Under the pieces are notes generated by a model. It ran no database searches. It saw only the letters and a program-made list of their open reading frames with translations, and had not been told where the DNA came from. From Bacteroidales bacterium (lineage in GTDB: Bacteria > Bacteroidota > Bacteroidia > Bacteroidales > FEN-979), in contig JAQWBQ010000015.1 of the NCBI GenBank assembly GCA_028706295.1, positions 386-64,385 of the forward strand: DNA of 64,000 nt, written 5' to 3'. Made by a program: the position numbers and the translations under genes. Every line of letters begins with the position of its first letter. Position 1 is the first letter of the stretch. Shown here one piece after another: positions 1 to 9,077 of the stretch.

Positions 1-741
1 CTCTTCCTTACCGCCATTCCAGAGCAGGACTTTCCTCATTTCGCGAAATGCTTTGGTCAGGATCATGAAACGGAGATTCGGCGAATTAAAATGCGCATCA
101 ACAATACCCAAAACTACTGCATAGATATTTTTCAGGATACTGAGTATTTCCACTCCCCTCATGTCATCTGAAAAATCCAGGTGAATATTGGTCCCTTTAA
201 ACAGCGAATCCAACAACCCGACAGGAGCAGTACCGGATTTGATGTGGGCTTTTTTATCCGTCTGTTCCTGGTATCCAAGGGTGAATCCCGTGGGCATGCG
301 GTTTATAATTTCACGGGCAAAACTGGGACCTTTCAGGGTGCAGACCGGATTCGGGAATTCTTCAACAAGACTTTCCACGATGGTTTTATGCGGGGTGCCA
401 AATCCTTTAGCCAGATTAACAAGAAGTGCTGTTTCCGGGATGTGCTGACGGATCTCCTTTAAATATCCCACCATCACCACCGATGGGATAGCAAGAAAGA
501 TTACCTCACAGGTTTCAAGCAGGTGGTGATCGAGCGTAGCATCCAGTCCCTGATGTAACCGCAAGGCAGGAAAATATTTCGAATTGATCTTCGTGAATGT
601 AATATCATCGACGATCTGAGGATCAATCGAATGGAGCAATATTTTTTCCTGTTCGGTCTCGGCCAGAATATTTCCAAGTGCCGTACCGATGGCTCCTGCA
701 CCAATAAAGGCAATTCTGTATTTCTGTTTTTTATGATCCAC
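1..741 (-). CDS. gpsA: NAD(P)H-dependent glycerol-3-phosphate dehydrogenase, partial (C-terminus beyond window edge)
   Basis: Absent from the ORF track because it runs off the window. My reverse-complement translation of 741..1 is open for all 247 codons: VDHKKQKYRIAFIGAGAIGTALGNILAE ... LKGPSFAREI ... GVEILSILKNIYAVVLGI. It has an N-terminal Rossmann GxGxxG and the GPSFA.E motif typical of GpsA. GTG start at 741, with an in-frame TAA five codons upstream. Confidence 0.8.
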   Translation of the reverse strand, partial: MDHKKQKYRIAFIGAGAIGTALGNILAETEQEKILLHSIDPQIVDDITFTKINSKYFPALRLHQGLDATLDHHLLETCEVIFLAIPSVVMVGYLKEIRQHIPETALLVNLAKGFGTPHKTIVESLVEEFPNPVCTLKGPSFAREIINRMPTGFTLGYQEQTDKKAHIKSGTAPVGLLDSLFKGTNIHLDFSDDMRGVEILSILKNIYAVVLGIVDAHFNSPNLRFMILTKAFREMRKVLLWNGGKEE

Positions 742-774
742 GATTCTACTCTGTTAGGTTCAAATGTGCTTCTG

Positions 775-3144
775 TTATCCCAGTTGGGTCGAAAAATATA
801 TTCTGAAAGTACATCCCGGGTTACCGGTGATCTCCATCTTCGCTTCTAACTGCTCAAGAAGGAGCCGGATGATCTGGGACCCCATGGAGGAGGCGCCGGA
901 AATCGAAAAACCTTCAGGAAGCCCGACTCCGTCGTCCCCGACAGTTAAGCAGTAACTATTTTCTTCCTCCGGGAACAATGTTACCCTTACCATGCCGGAA
1001 GATGTTCCCGGGAATGCGTACTTGTATGAATTAGTCATTAATTCATTGATTATTAATCCTAAAGGCATTGCTATCTCAATGGGAACGATACAATGATGGA
1101 TCTCCGTTTTGAGCTTTATGCGATCGTTATTGAAGGTGTTTGCAACATTAAATGACAATCGTAACAGGTAATCATCAAAAGAGATGTAATCAATTTTCTG
1201 TGTATGGTATAAATGCTCATGAACCAACGACATAGTCCTGACTCTTAATTGAAGATCCTTCAGGGATGAACCCAATGCAGAATCGTCCGACTTATCAAGT
1301 TGCATCGCCATGAGGCTGATCAGAATGGAAAAATTATTTTTCACCCGGTTGTGAATTTCCCGGAGTAAATATTCTTTTTGACGGGCATTGCGATTCAGAT
1401 CTTCTTCATGCTTTTTCAGAATTGAAATATCACGTACGACCGATATGATTTCCCTGATTTCACCTGACTCGGCATCAACCACCGGATTCATGATGGATTC
1501 GACCCAGAGTGTTTTGCCGGATTGATGAAGGGCTTTATAGGAATATCGGATGTGTTTTTTCAGTCGGAGCATGTCGTTTATCTGGCGCATAACCTCTGAA
1601 TGAAAGTCCGGTTCAATCAGCGTTAGAAATGAATCAAACCCCAATATTTTCTCCTGGGTGTACCCGTAAAATTTAAAACAGGAGGGACTGATATATATCC
1701 GTTTCATTTTAGAATCAAACATGGAAATGACATCGGCAGAATTTTCTGCAAAAAGCCTGTGCAACTCTTCACTCCTTTTCAGGTTCTCTTCAGCCTCCTT
1801 CCGCACACGGATTTCATTGTCAAGCTTTCTGTTCAGTTCTTCCAGTTCATTTTTACGCCTTTTGTTACGCACAATCAACAGTTCAATGGCAAGGATCACC
1901 AGGAACAGGCCGATGAAAACGATTTCATAAATAATGATCTCGAATCTCCTGGTCTGATAGTTCAATTTATTATATTCGTATTCCTGGTTTAAAAGTCTGT
2001 TGTGAGCCTGATTGCTGACGATGATCCTCCTGGCTTCCATAAGTCCGACCTCGGAACGGGTGTTCTCTTTTACAAGGGCTTTCCTGTACTGGGCAGCTTT
2101 ATCATAAAACTCAAAGGCTTTTTCATAGTTCTTATCTTCAGATGCAAAAATGGATAATTGCCAGTTTATTGCTTCCAGGGTATAGATGTCATTTATTTTT
2201 TCAGCCAGCGATATTGCTTTGGCGAAAAAGTATTGTGCCGAATCTTTCTTCCCAAGAAGCCAATACGCCTCACCAACATTATTAAATGAAGAGGCGATTA
2301 AGGTTTCATGTTTTGCCTTTTGTCTGATCGCCAGTGCTCTTTTGTTGTAACCCAGGTTCTCGCGGTATTTCCCAGTGACCTGACAAACGTGGGCGATCCT
2401 TGTAAGGGTGATTGCCTGTTCAGGATCATCGCCCGTTTCTTCAAACAATTCCAGCGCTTTGCTGTAATAGATTAACGAAGCTTTAAAATCAGCTTTCTTG
2501 AGGTAAACATCCCCTAACAATTTATTACTCTTCCCTTCATTCAACAAATTGTTGCTTTTATGAAAGAAAATCAGGCTTAGATATAAGTTTCGGATGGCGG
2601 GTTCAATATCTCCTTCCTGAAGATAACAGTATGCCAGGTTGAAAAAGATTTGCCCTTTAAGATTTAGATCCCTCGAATTTACCGATGTTTTCAAGGCGTA
2701 ATCTATATAACGTTTTGCTCGCTGGTAGTCCTTTAAATAAGTAAACAAGCCGGCAACATAATGATACGCATAGATTATCTTTTCCGGGTTATTTGATCTT
2801 TGATAAATATCGAGAAATTTAAAGCGGTACTCTGCCGATCGGACAAATTGTTTCTTTGCAAAAAAATATTCTGAAAGTTGAAATATGGTCGAAGCTTCTC
2901 CCGAAATATCTTTTGTTTGGATGGCCATCTTATAAGCTTCCATAATGTGTGATCCAAACCTTTCGATATCGGTCTCCCGGTACTTTTTAGCCAGTGCGAT
3001 CAGAGAATCGATTTGGGTTATGGGATTTGAGACTTTGTCATCAGCGGCTCCCGCTGCGGCAAAAATGGAACAGGAAATAACCAGAAAGAAGATAATCAGC
3101 CAGGATTTTCCCATGATGAAATACCGTAACCATATCCTGGACAA
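775..3144 (-). CDS. TPR-repeat sensor histidine kinase (extracytoplasmic TPR region, one TM, coiled coil, PAS-like, HisKA_2 + HATPase_c)
   Basis: 789-aa ORF. N-terminal hydrophobic signal, about 380 aa of TPR-like repeats, and a TM helix (FEIIIYEIVFIGLFLVILAIELLIV). H-box LLREIHNRVKNNFSILISLM. ATPase motifs INELMTNSYKYAF, GDDGVGLP, GSQIIRLL. Confidence 0.85.
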   Translation of the reverse strand: MSRIWLRYFIMGKSWLIIFFLVISCSIFAAAGAADDKVSNPITQIDSLIALAKKYRETDIERFGSHIMEAYKMAIQTKDISGEASTIFQLSEYFFAKKQFVRSAEYRFKFLDIYQRSNNPEKIIYAYHYVAGLFTYLKDYQRAKRYIDYALKTSVNSRDLNLKGQIFFNLAYCYLQEGDIEPAIRNLYLSLIFFHKSNNLLNEGKSNKLLGDVYLKKADFKASLIYYSKALELFEETGDDPEQAITLTRIAHVCQVTGKYRENLGYNKRALAIRQKAKHETLIASSFNNVGEAYWLLGKKDSAQYFFAKAISLAEKINDIYTLEAINWQLSIFASEDKNYEKAFEFYDKAAQYRKALVKENTRSEVGLMEARRIIVSNQAHNRLLNQEYEYNKLNYQTRRFEIIIYEIVFIGLFLVILAIELLIVRNKRRKNELEELNRKLDNEIRVRKEAEENLKRSEELHRLFAENSADVISMFDSKMKRIYISPSCFKFYGYTQEKILGFDSFLTLIEPDFHSEVMRQINDMLRLKKHIRYSYKALHQSGKTLWVESIMNPVVDAESGEIREIISVVRDISILKKHEEDLNRNARQKEYLLREIHNRVKNNFSILISLMAMQLDKSDDSALGSSLKDLQLRVRTMSLVHEHLYHTQKIDYISFDDYLLRLSFNVANTFNNDRIKLKTEIHHCIVPIEIAMPLGLIINELMTNSYKYAFPGTSSGMVRVTLFPEEENSYCLTVGDDGVGLPEGFSISGASSMGSQIIRLLLEQLEAKMEITGNPGCTFRIYFSTQLG

Positions 3145-3160
3145 AAATAGAAAATAATCT

Positions 3161-3168
3161 TAATTTTG
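3161..3168 (+). promoter_or_regulatory. Putative Bacteroidota -7 promoter box TAATTTTG for the sugar-nucleotide operon
   Basis: Exact match to TAnnTTTG, 32 nt upstream of ATG 3200. The TTG at 3176 used by the ORF track lies just after the box, so ATG 3200 is the more likely start. Confidence 0.55.
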
Positions 3169-3199
3169 TTGCCAATTGCTCATTAACACGATTTCAGCA

Positions 3200-4198
3200 A
3201 TGAACTTAGATCGGAAAAATGTAATCGTTACAGGTGCGGGAGGATTTATCGGAAGCCACCTGACCGAAGCCCTTTTACAAAAGAACTGTAATGTAAAAGC
3301 ATTCGTTCATTACAACTCGTTTGGAAGATGGGGTTGGCTTGATTATTTACCGAAAGATTTACTCCGGAATATTGAGATCTTCACGGGTGATATCCGCGAT
3401 CCCAACGGGGTGTCCGAGGCCTTCAAAGGTCAGGATGTGGTTTTTCATCTGGCAGCTCTCATTGGCATCCCATACAGCTACCACTCACCCGATGCTTATG
3501 TCGATACCAATGTAAAAGGAACCCTGAATATCCTGCAGGCGGTGCGCCGCCACGGTGTTGAAAAAGTAATCCATACCTCCACTTCCGAAGTGTACGGCAC
3601 CGCACAGTTTGTTCCGATCACCGAACAGCACCCGGTAAATCCGCAATCGCCTTATGCCGCAACCAAAGCCGGTGCCGATTTTCTTGCCCTGACTTTTTTC
3701 CGTTCCTTCGGAATCCCCGTTTCTGTAGTGAGACCTTTTAACACCTACGGTCCGCGACAATCATCAAGAGCCATTATCCCAACGATAATCACACAAATTC
3801 TCAGCGGTCAGAACGAAATTACGCTGGGCTCCTGCACACCGACCCGCGATCTGAATTTCGTTGAGGATACGGCAGCCGGATTCATAAAAGCCGCTGAGAG
3901 TGATCGTTCAACAGGCGAAGTCATCAACCTGGGGAGCGATTACGAGATCAGCATCGGGGATCTTGCCCGAAAAATAGCCGGATTGATGGATCGCGATATA
4001 TCGATCCGCAGTGATACTGAACGGGTAAGACCTGAAAAAAGCGAAGTCGAACGACTCTGGGCCTCGAATGCGAAAGCTGCTGAACTGCTGGGGTGGAAAC
4101 CTGAATTTACACTCGATGCCGGACTGACGAAAACCATCGGGTGGTTCAGCAAACCCGGGGTGATCGATTTTTACCGACCCGATAAATACCAAATCTGA
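3200..4198 (+). CDS. NAD-dependent sugar-nucleotide epimerase/4,6-dehydratase (extended SDR)
   Basis: VIVTGAGGFIGSHL Rossmann motif and catalytic YxxxK (SPYAATKAGAD). Length about 332 aa from ATG 3200. Confidence 0.85.
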   Translation: MNLDRKNVIVTGAGGFIGSHLTEALLQKNCNVKAFVHYNSFGRWGWLDYLPKDLLRNIEIFTGDIRDPNGVSEAFKGQDVVFHLAALIGIPYSYHSPDAYVDTNVKGTLNILQAVRRHGVEKVIHTSTSEVYGTAQFVPITEQHPVNPQSPYAATKAGADFLALTFFRSFGIPVSVVRPFNTYGPRQSSRAIIPTIITQILSGQNEITLGSCTPTRDLNFVEDTAAGFIKAAESDRSTGEVINLGSDYEISIGDLARKIAGLMDRDISIRSDTERVRPEKSEVERLWASNAKAAELLGWKPEFTLDAGLTKTIGWFSKPGVIDFYRPDKYQI

Positions 4199-4207
4199 TT
4201 TTTGAAT

Positions 4208-4909
4208 ATGAAAGCCGTCATCCTCGCAGGCGGGAAAGGTACCCGTTTAAAACCTTATACCTCCGTGATCCCAAAACCACTGGTCCCGGTGGGCGAACGC
4301 GCCATTCTCGAGATCCTGGTCACCCGGTTAAAAAAAGCGGGTGTCGATGAAATATATATCTGTCTCAACCATTTTGCCGAAATAATCATGGCTTTTTTTG
4401 GCGATGGCTCCCGGTTCGGACTCAAGATCAACTATTCCATTGAACAGGAACCCCTCGGCACCGTGGCCCCCATCAAATTGATCAGGGAATTACCCGATCA
4501 TTTTTTAGTTATGAATGGTGATCTGCTTACGGATTTGAATTTCAGCGAGCTGTTTCAATACCACCTGGAAGGCCGTTCCTTGCTCACGGTTTCGACCTAC
4601 ATACGAAATATGAAAATCGATTTCGGGGTGATTGATGTGGATGAAAAATCGATGCTTGCAAGGGGATTCAGGGAAAAACCCGAATATACCTTCTCCGTGA
4701 GTATGGGCGTATATGTTATGAACCGAAAAGTACTTGATTTTGTGCCGGATTCGACCAGTTTTGGCTTTGACGACCTGATGCTGACATTGCTGAAAAAAAA
4801 TGAACCGGCCCGTATTTATCCGTATCATGGTTATTGGCTCGACATCGGCCGCCCCGACGATTACGAGAAAGCTAACGACGACATCGAATTCCTCAACAAA
4901 ATCCTGTGA
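4208..4909 (+). CDS. Sugar-1-phosphate nucleotidyltransferase
   Basis: N-terminal MKAVILAGGKGTRLKPYT signature (G-x-G-T-R-x). ATG at 4208, two codons inside the track ORF. Confidence 0.85.
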   Translation: MKAVILAGGKGTRLKPYTSVIPKPLVPVGERAILEILVTRLKKAGVDEIYICLNHFAEIIMAFFGDGSRFGLKINYSIEQEPLGTVAPIKLIRELPDHFLVMNGDLLTDLNFSELFQYHLEGRSLLTVSTYIRNMKIDFGVIDVDEKSMLARGFREKPEYTFSVSMGVYVMNRKVLDFVPDSTSFGFDDLMLTLLKKNEPARIYPYHGYWLDIGRPDDYEKANDDIEFLNKIL

Positions 4910-5784
4910 GTAAAGTTTTAGTCACCGGATCCAGTGGATTTATCGGGCAGGCCCTTGTTAAAAGGCTTGCCGGATCAGGACATCTGGTTTATGAATTCGA
5001 CCTTCCCGGCGGTGATGTCACCCTGCCTGATGCTTTTGATTACTACACGAAACACGGTGTCGATCATATCTTTCATCTGGCCGGAAAGACTTTCGTTCCG
5101 GAAAGCTGGGAACATCCTGCCGAATTTTTCCGGGTTAATGTTATGGGCACGATACGGGTTCTTGAGCTATGCAGAAAAACGGGAGCCGGACTCACCTATA
5201 TAAGTTCCTATTTATATGGAGAACCCGACTACCTGCCCATTGATGAAAAACACCCGGTTAAATCCTATAACCCGTACAGTCAGAGCAAGGTGATGGCCGA
5301 TTCTACCTGTCAGTTTTATGCCCGCCATTACAAGCTGCCTCTGACCATTTTCAGGCCGTTTAATGCTTACGGCCCCGGTCAGTCACCCCGGTTTCTCATC
5401 CCCGAAATCATTGCAAAAGTAATGGACCCGAGGATTCCCGCGGTGGAAGTGATGGACCTGCGACCCAGGCGGGATTACCTTTATATTGATGATCTGCTCG
5501 ATGCCCTGATAATATCCATCGGGAAACCACATGGAATTTATAATCTGGGATCCGGATGTTCCATCAGTGTAGAAGAGGTTATCCGGCTGGTACTGAAACA
5601 TACCGGAATAAATAAACCCTTTCACTCCCTGGCAAAACCCCGGCCCAATGAAATTTATGACCTCTACTCCGATATCGGAAAAGCCCGAAGGGAATTGGGG
5701 TGGTCGCCCGGAACTTCTTTCGATTCAGGTATTGAAAAATGTATCAGCGCTTCTCAACCGGTTCGTAAACCATTTTCTGCATGA
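4906..5784 (+). CDS. NAD-dependent epimerase/dehydratase or reductase (SDR)
   Basis: VLVTGSSGFIGQAL and YxxxK (NPYSQSKVMAD). GTG start overlaps the upstream stop (GTGA at 4906-4909), suggesting translational coupling. Confidence 0.8.
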   Translation: MSKVLVTGSSGFIGQALVKRLAGSGHLVYEFDLPGGDVTLPDAFDYYTKHGVDHIFHLAGKTFVPESWEHPAEFFRVNVMGTIRVLELCRKTGAGLTYISSYLYGEPDYLPIDEKHPVKSYNPYSQSKVMADSTCQFYARHYKLPLTIFRPFNAYGPGQSPRFLIPEIIAKVMDPRIPAVEVMDLRPRRDYLYIDDLLDALIISIGKPHGIYNLGSGCSISVEEVIRLVLKHTGINKPFHSLAKPRPNEIYDLYSDIGKARRELGWSPGTSFDSGIEKCISASQPVRKPFSA

Positions 5785-6881
5785 AGCAGATTCTGTATAT
5801 CAAGCATGCCGATTCTTCGTTTGTACTTTCCGATCAGCGGATCCTTGAGAAACAGTACCGGGTGATCCCGTTTTTAATCAATCAGAATAGAAAAGGGTTC
5901 TATTTTCTGAAACGAATGGCAGCTCTTACGCTGTTCATACTGTCGCATGCCCGCGGAACGGATGCAATGGTCACGTGGTTCGGCGACTATCACTCCGCAT
6001 TGATGGCGTTTTTGGGCAAATTCCTTAGTATCAGGGTGATTATTTTTGCCGGGGGACAGGAGGCGGTTTGTTATCCTGAGCTTGGGAAGGGGGTTTACAA
6101 TAAGAAACTACGTGGATGCATGGTTCGATATGCCTTGAAAAATGCCGCACTGATCATTCCCAACCACAAATCATTAATTTTCCACGAAAATTTTTATTAT
6201 TCCGACAACGGGAAAAAGGATGGAATCAAATTCTATATTCCCGATCTGAAGACTCCTGTGGCGATCGTCCCAAACGGGATTGATACCTCCAAATTCTATC
6301 GTGATCCTAAGGTTCAGAAAGTCCCTGATCTTGTGCTGACAGTCGGAACCATGAGCTCCGTTTCAGATTTCATCAACAAAGGTTTTGACCTGTTCATCCA
6401 GATGGCACGTCGCAATACTGATTTGTCGTTTACCCTGATCGGGATTAAAAGACAATTTCTTCCCTGGGTTGAGGAACATTATCAGGTGTCGGAAATTTCT
6501 AATCTTGAGTTGATTTTTCCTTATGTTCCGGATGAGGTCTTATTGCTGAATTATAACAAAGCAAAAGTATTTGTGCAGGCTTCTATCACCGAAGGGATGC
6601 CCAACACCCTGAATGAGGCCATGCTGTGCGAATGTATTCCGGTCGGATCCAATGTGAATGGCATTCCCGATGCCATCGGAAATACCGGGATCATCGTGAA
6701 GCGGCGGAATCTTGATGAACTGGAACATGCGGTGCGGGCAGCTTTGAATAAGGATACGGGTCAGGATGCACGTCAACATGTCCTGAATAACTTTTCGAAA
6801 GTTATTCGTGAAGAAAATCTCTTAGTCGTTTTTAATCAACTCTTTACTAAAGGAAACGTCAGCCGGAAACTTAATCAATAA
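5781..6881 (+). CDS. Glycosyltransferase, GT4-like (GT-B fold)
   Basis: C-terminal EGMPNTLNEAMLCECIPVGSNVNGIPDAIG (E-x7-E type motif). ATGA start/stop overlap with the upstream gene at 5781-5784. Confidence 0.8.
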   Translation: MKQILYIKHADSSFVLSDQRILEKQYRVIPFLINQNRKGFYFLKRMAALTLFILSHARGTDAMVTWFGDYHSALMAFLGKFLSIRVIIFAGGQEAVCYPELGKGVYNKKLRGCMVRYALKNAALIIPNHKSLIFHENFYYSDNGKKDGIKFYIPDLKTPVAIVPNGIDTSKFYRDPKVQKVPDLVLTVGTMSSVSDFINKGFDLFIQMARRNTDLSFTLIGIKRQFLPWVEEHYQVSEISNLELIFPYVPDEVLLLNYNKAKVFVQASITEGMPNTLNEAMLCECIPVGSNVNGIPDAIGNTGIIVKRRNLDELEHAVRAALNKDTGQDARQHVLNNFSKVIREENLLVVFNQLFTKGNVSRKLNQ

Positions 6882-7270
6882 GTCAAAAAGGTTGTTGTGT
6901 GACTGTTTTCTCCATTTTCAATCTTTTGCCTGTTAATGGTTGCTATTCCTGCCATTTCATTTGACAATGGTTTCGATTTTGCCGGTCAGATGGGGACCCC
7001 TAATATTATCGCTAAAAGTTTTTATCCCGGGAGAGTGGCGGGAGTGAAAAATATATTCGAAAAACTTTATTATGTTCAATATTACTACCTATTTTTGCTG
7101 TAACAAAAATTATTATGACCAACATTCCGGAGTCGATTATTCGCCTATTTGCATTTCCTATCTTGTACAGGAGCAACAAAACATTCGCCTGACAATGCCG
7201 GTGGATTCGTATAGGAGAAGGGGATGTGGAAGTATAAATAATTTAGACACGATTAGTATAAAATTCTACT

Positions 7271-7846
7271 ATGGAAGATTTTACGAAACTTGAATACGAA
7301 AAACTCAGATCGATTGAAGAAAAAGTAGAATCAAGGTATTTTCAATTAATCTTATTTACATTAACAGCATTTAGTGTCATTATCGGTTTTAATGAGAAAA
7401 TTAAACCTGATTATTATATTCCTTTAATGCTATATATTGTATTGTTTTTCACAACAACAGCAGGAACACGATCAAAAATTCTTATGGTTCAAATTAGTGC
7501 GTATTTAGACGAGGAATATTTTAAAAAAGACCCCAAAACATATTTCTCGAAATTCTATATCAATGAAATATGCCCAAAGAATTTTATAACCAGAATTTTA
7601 ATTTATGCGAAAAACTATTTTCTTGTATTTAATATTTTTCCTCTCCTTTTTACAATTAAAGCATATAAAAATATTCTTACAAACCAGGAGTTTGGTTATT
7701 ACATTGCACTTATACTAATCATAGGTTTTCAGATATCCATAATTAATAGAGTTATTGACATGATTAAGAAAAACATGAAATTCTTTGAACAAAAAATAAA
7801 TGATTTCAAAAATGATAACCGTGCCCAACAACCGGCCAGCCGATAA
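7271..7846 (+). CDS. Hypothetical multi-pass membrane protein (about 4 TM), very AT-rich
   Basis: 191-aa ORF with four hydrophobic segments (LILFTLTAFSVIIGF, IPLMLYIVLFFTTTA, YFLVFNIFPLLFTI, YYIALILIIGFQISII). No family recognised. A sampled line, 7381-7440, has 13/60 G+C. Confidence 0.5.
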   Translation: MEDFTKLEYEKLRSIEEKVESRYFQLILFTLTAFSVIIGFNEKIKPDYYIPLMLYIVLFFTTTAGTRSKILMVQISAYLDEEYFKKDPKTYFSKFYINEICPKNFITRILIYAKNYFLVFNIFPLLFTIKAYKNILTNQEFGYYIALILIIGFQISIINRVIDMIKKNMKFFEQKINDFKNDNRAQQPASR

Positions 7847-8087
7847 TAAGGTGAGTCGAGTAAAAGGAAACAGGATGAGGTAACAGACATAAAATGGACA
7901 GAAAAAGAAGTGGTGGTTAAAGCCCTTACTTCGGCTGGCCGCCACTCGTTAGTAAGAGGCAGTAATTAATTCGCATACCAATATGTATCTAAATACAATA
8001 TTTTTGCTTTCTGAATTGTAGAAACCCAAATGTTGATCAGATTCTTAATGAAACAATTTTAACATTGATTATTGAAAAACAAGTATT

Positions 8088-9047
8088 ATGAACTCTTGCC
8101 GAATTTGCAACAATACCGACGGAAATAAAACTTACCACATCAGAGAAATGATGATCGGACTTCGTGAATCTTTTGAATATTTTGAATGCCGGAATTGCGG
8201 GTGTATTCAAATTTCTGATGTACCTGCTGAGATAGAGAAATATTATCCAAAAGATTATTATTCATTTAATCCCAATCCGAAAACATCCGATAACATTATT
8301 GTTCGTCAGATTAAATATCATAGATCTCATTACCAACTGGTAAATAGAGACATTATTGGATTTTTGATTTCTAAAGCATCGAAAACTCCTGTTTTTTATG
8401 AGTATTTTAAAACCGCCGGGATTAATTTGCAATCCAGAATTCTTGATGTGGGTTGTGGTTATGGAAAATTGCTGCTTTGGATGAAACGGGAAGGATTTGA
8501 TAATATCTTGGGCATTGATCCTTTCATTAAAGAAACAATCCGTTATCCCAATAGGCTGACAATTTTAAAAAACGAATTGCATGAAATCGACGAACAATTT
8601 GATTTTATTATGCTTCATCACTCCTTTGAACATATTCCAAATCAAAATGATACCTTAAAGCAACTGAATAAATTACTTAAACCTTCAGGCCATATACTCA
8701 TCCGAATCCCGGTGGCTGCATACGCCTGGAAAAATTTTGGTGTCGATTGGATTGCATTGGACGCTCCACGACATTGTTACCTTCACACGCTGAAAAGTAT
8801 GGAAATTCTTGCACAGGAATCAGGATTAAAGATCAAAAAAGTTTTTTTCGATTCGTTTGCATTGCAATTCTGGGGCAGCATTCAGTATCAAAATGATATT
8901 CCACTAATGGACCCAAAATCATATCTGAAAAACAAGAAGAATTCCATGTTTAGTAAATCTGAAATGCAAGATTTTTCAAAGCAATCAATACGATTAAATA
9001 AGGATCAAATGGGAGATGCGGCGGGGTTTTATCTGACAAAATCATAG
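8088..9047 (+). CDS. Class I SAM-dependent methyltransferase with N-terminal Cys4 zinc ribbon
   Basis: CRICNN ... CRNCGC zinc-ribbon pair, then SAM motif I ILDVGCGYGKLLLWM and acidic loop IMLHHSFEHIP. Confidence 0.8.
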   Translation: MNSCRICNNTDGNKTYHIREMMIGLRESFEYFECRNCGCIQISDVPAEIEKYYPKDYYSFNPNPKTSDNIIVRQIKYHRSHYQLVNRDIIGFLISKASKTPVFYEYFKTAGINLQSRILDVGCGYGKLLLWMKREGFDNILGIDPFIKETIRYPNRLTILKNELHEIDEQFDFIMLHHSFEHIPNQNDTLKQLNKLLKPSGHILIRIPVAAYAWKNFGVDWIALDAPRHCYLHTLKSMEILAQESGLKIKKVFFDSFALQFWGSIQYQNDIPLMDPKSYLKNKKNSMFSKSEMQDFSKQSIRLNKDQMGDAAGFYLTKS

Positions 9048-9077
9048 TCTTTCCTATAAGTATCAATTAGTGAGGAA

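Noticed and set aside
181-462. Plus-strand ORFs 181-462 and 188-448 (93 and 86 aa) at the left edge
   Set aside because: They are antisense to a continuous 247-codon minus-strand frame with clear GpsA motifs. They have no motifs of their own.
6903-7103. 55-aa ORF (MVAIPAISFDNGFDFAGQMGTPNIIAKSFYPGRVAGVKNIFEKLYYVQYYYLFLL) in the gap after the GT4 gene, possibly a truncated gene at the cassette boundary
   Set aside because: It is too short, has no recognisable motif and no promoter box. It is kept only as a hint that the boundary at about 6.9 kb may contain a remnant.
7833-7941. GC-rich 11-bp inverted repeat CGGCCAGCCGA (7833-7843) / TCGGCTGGCCG (7931-7941) in AT-rich DNA after the 4-TM gene
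   Set aside because: With an 87-nt spacer and no T-tract it is not a convincing terminator. One such 11-bp match within 100 nt is roughly what chance predicts for a 64-kb window. It may still deserve an RNA-fold check.
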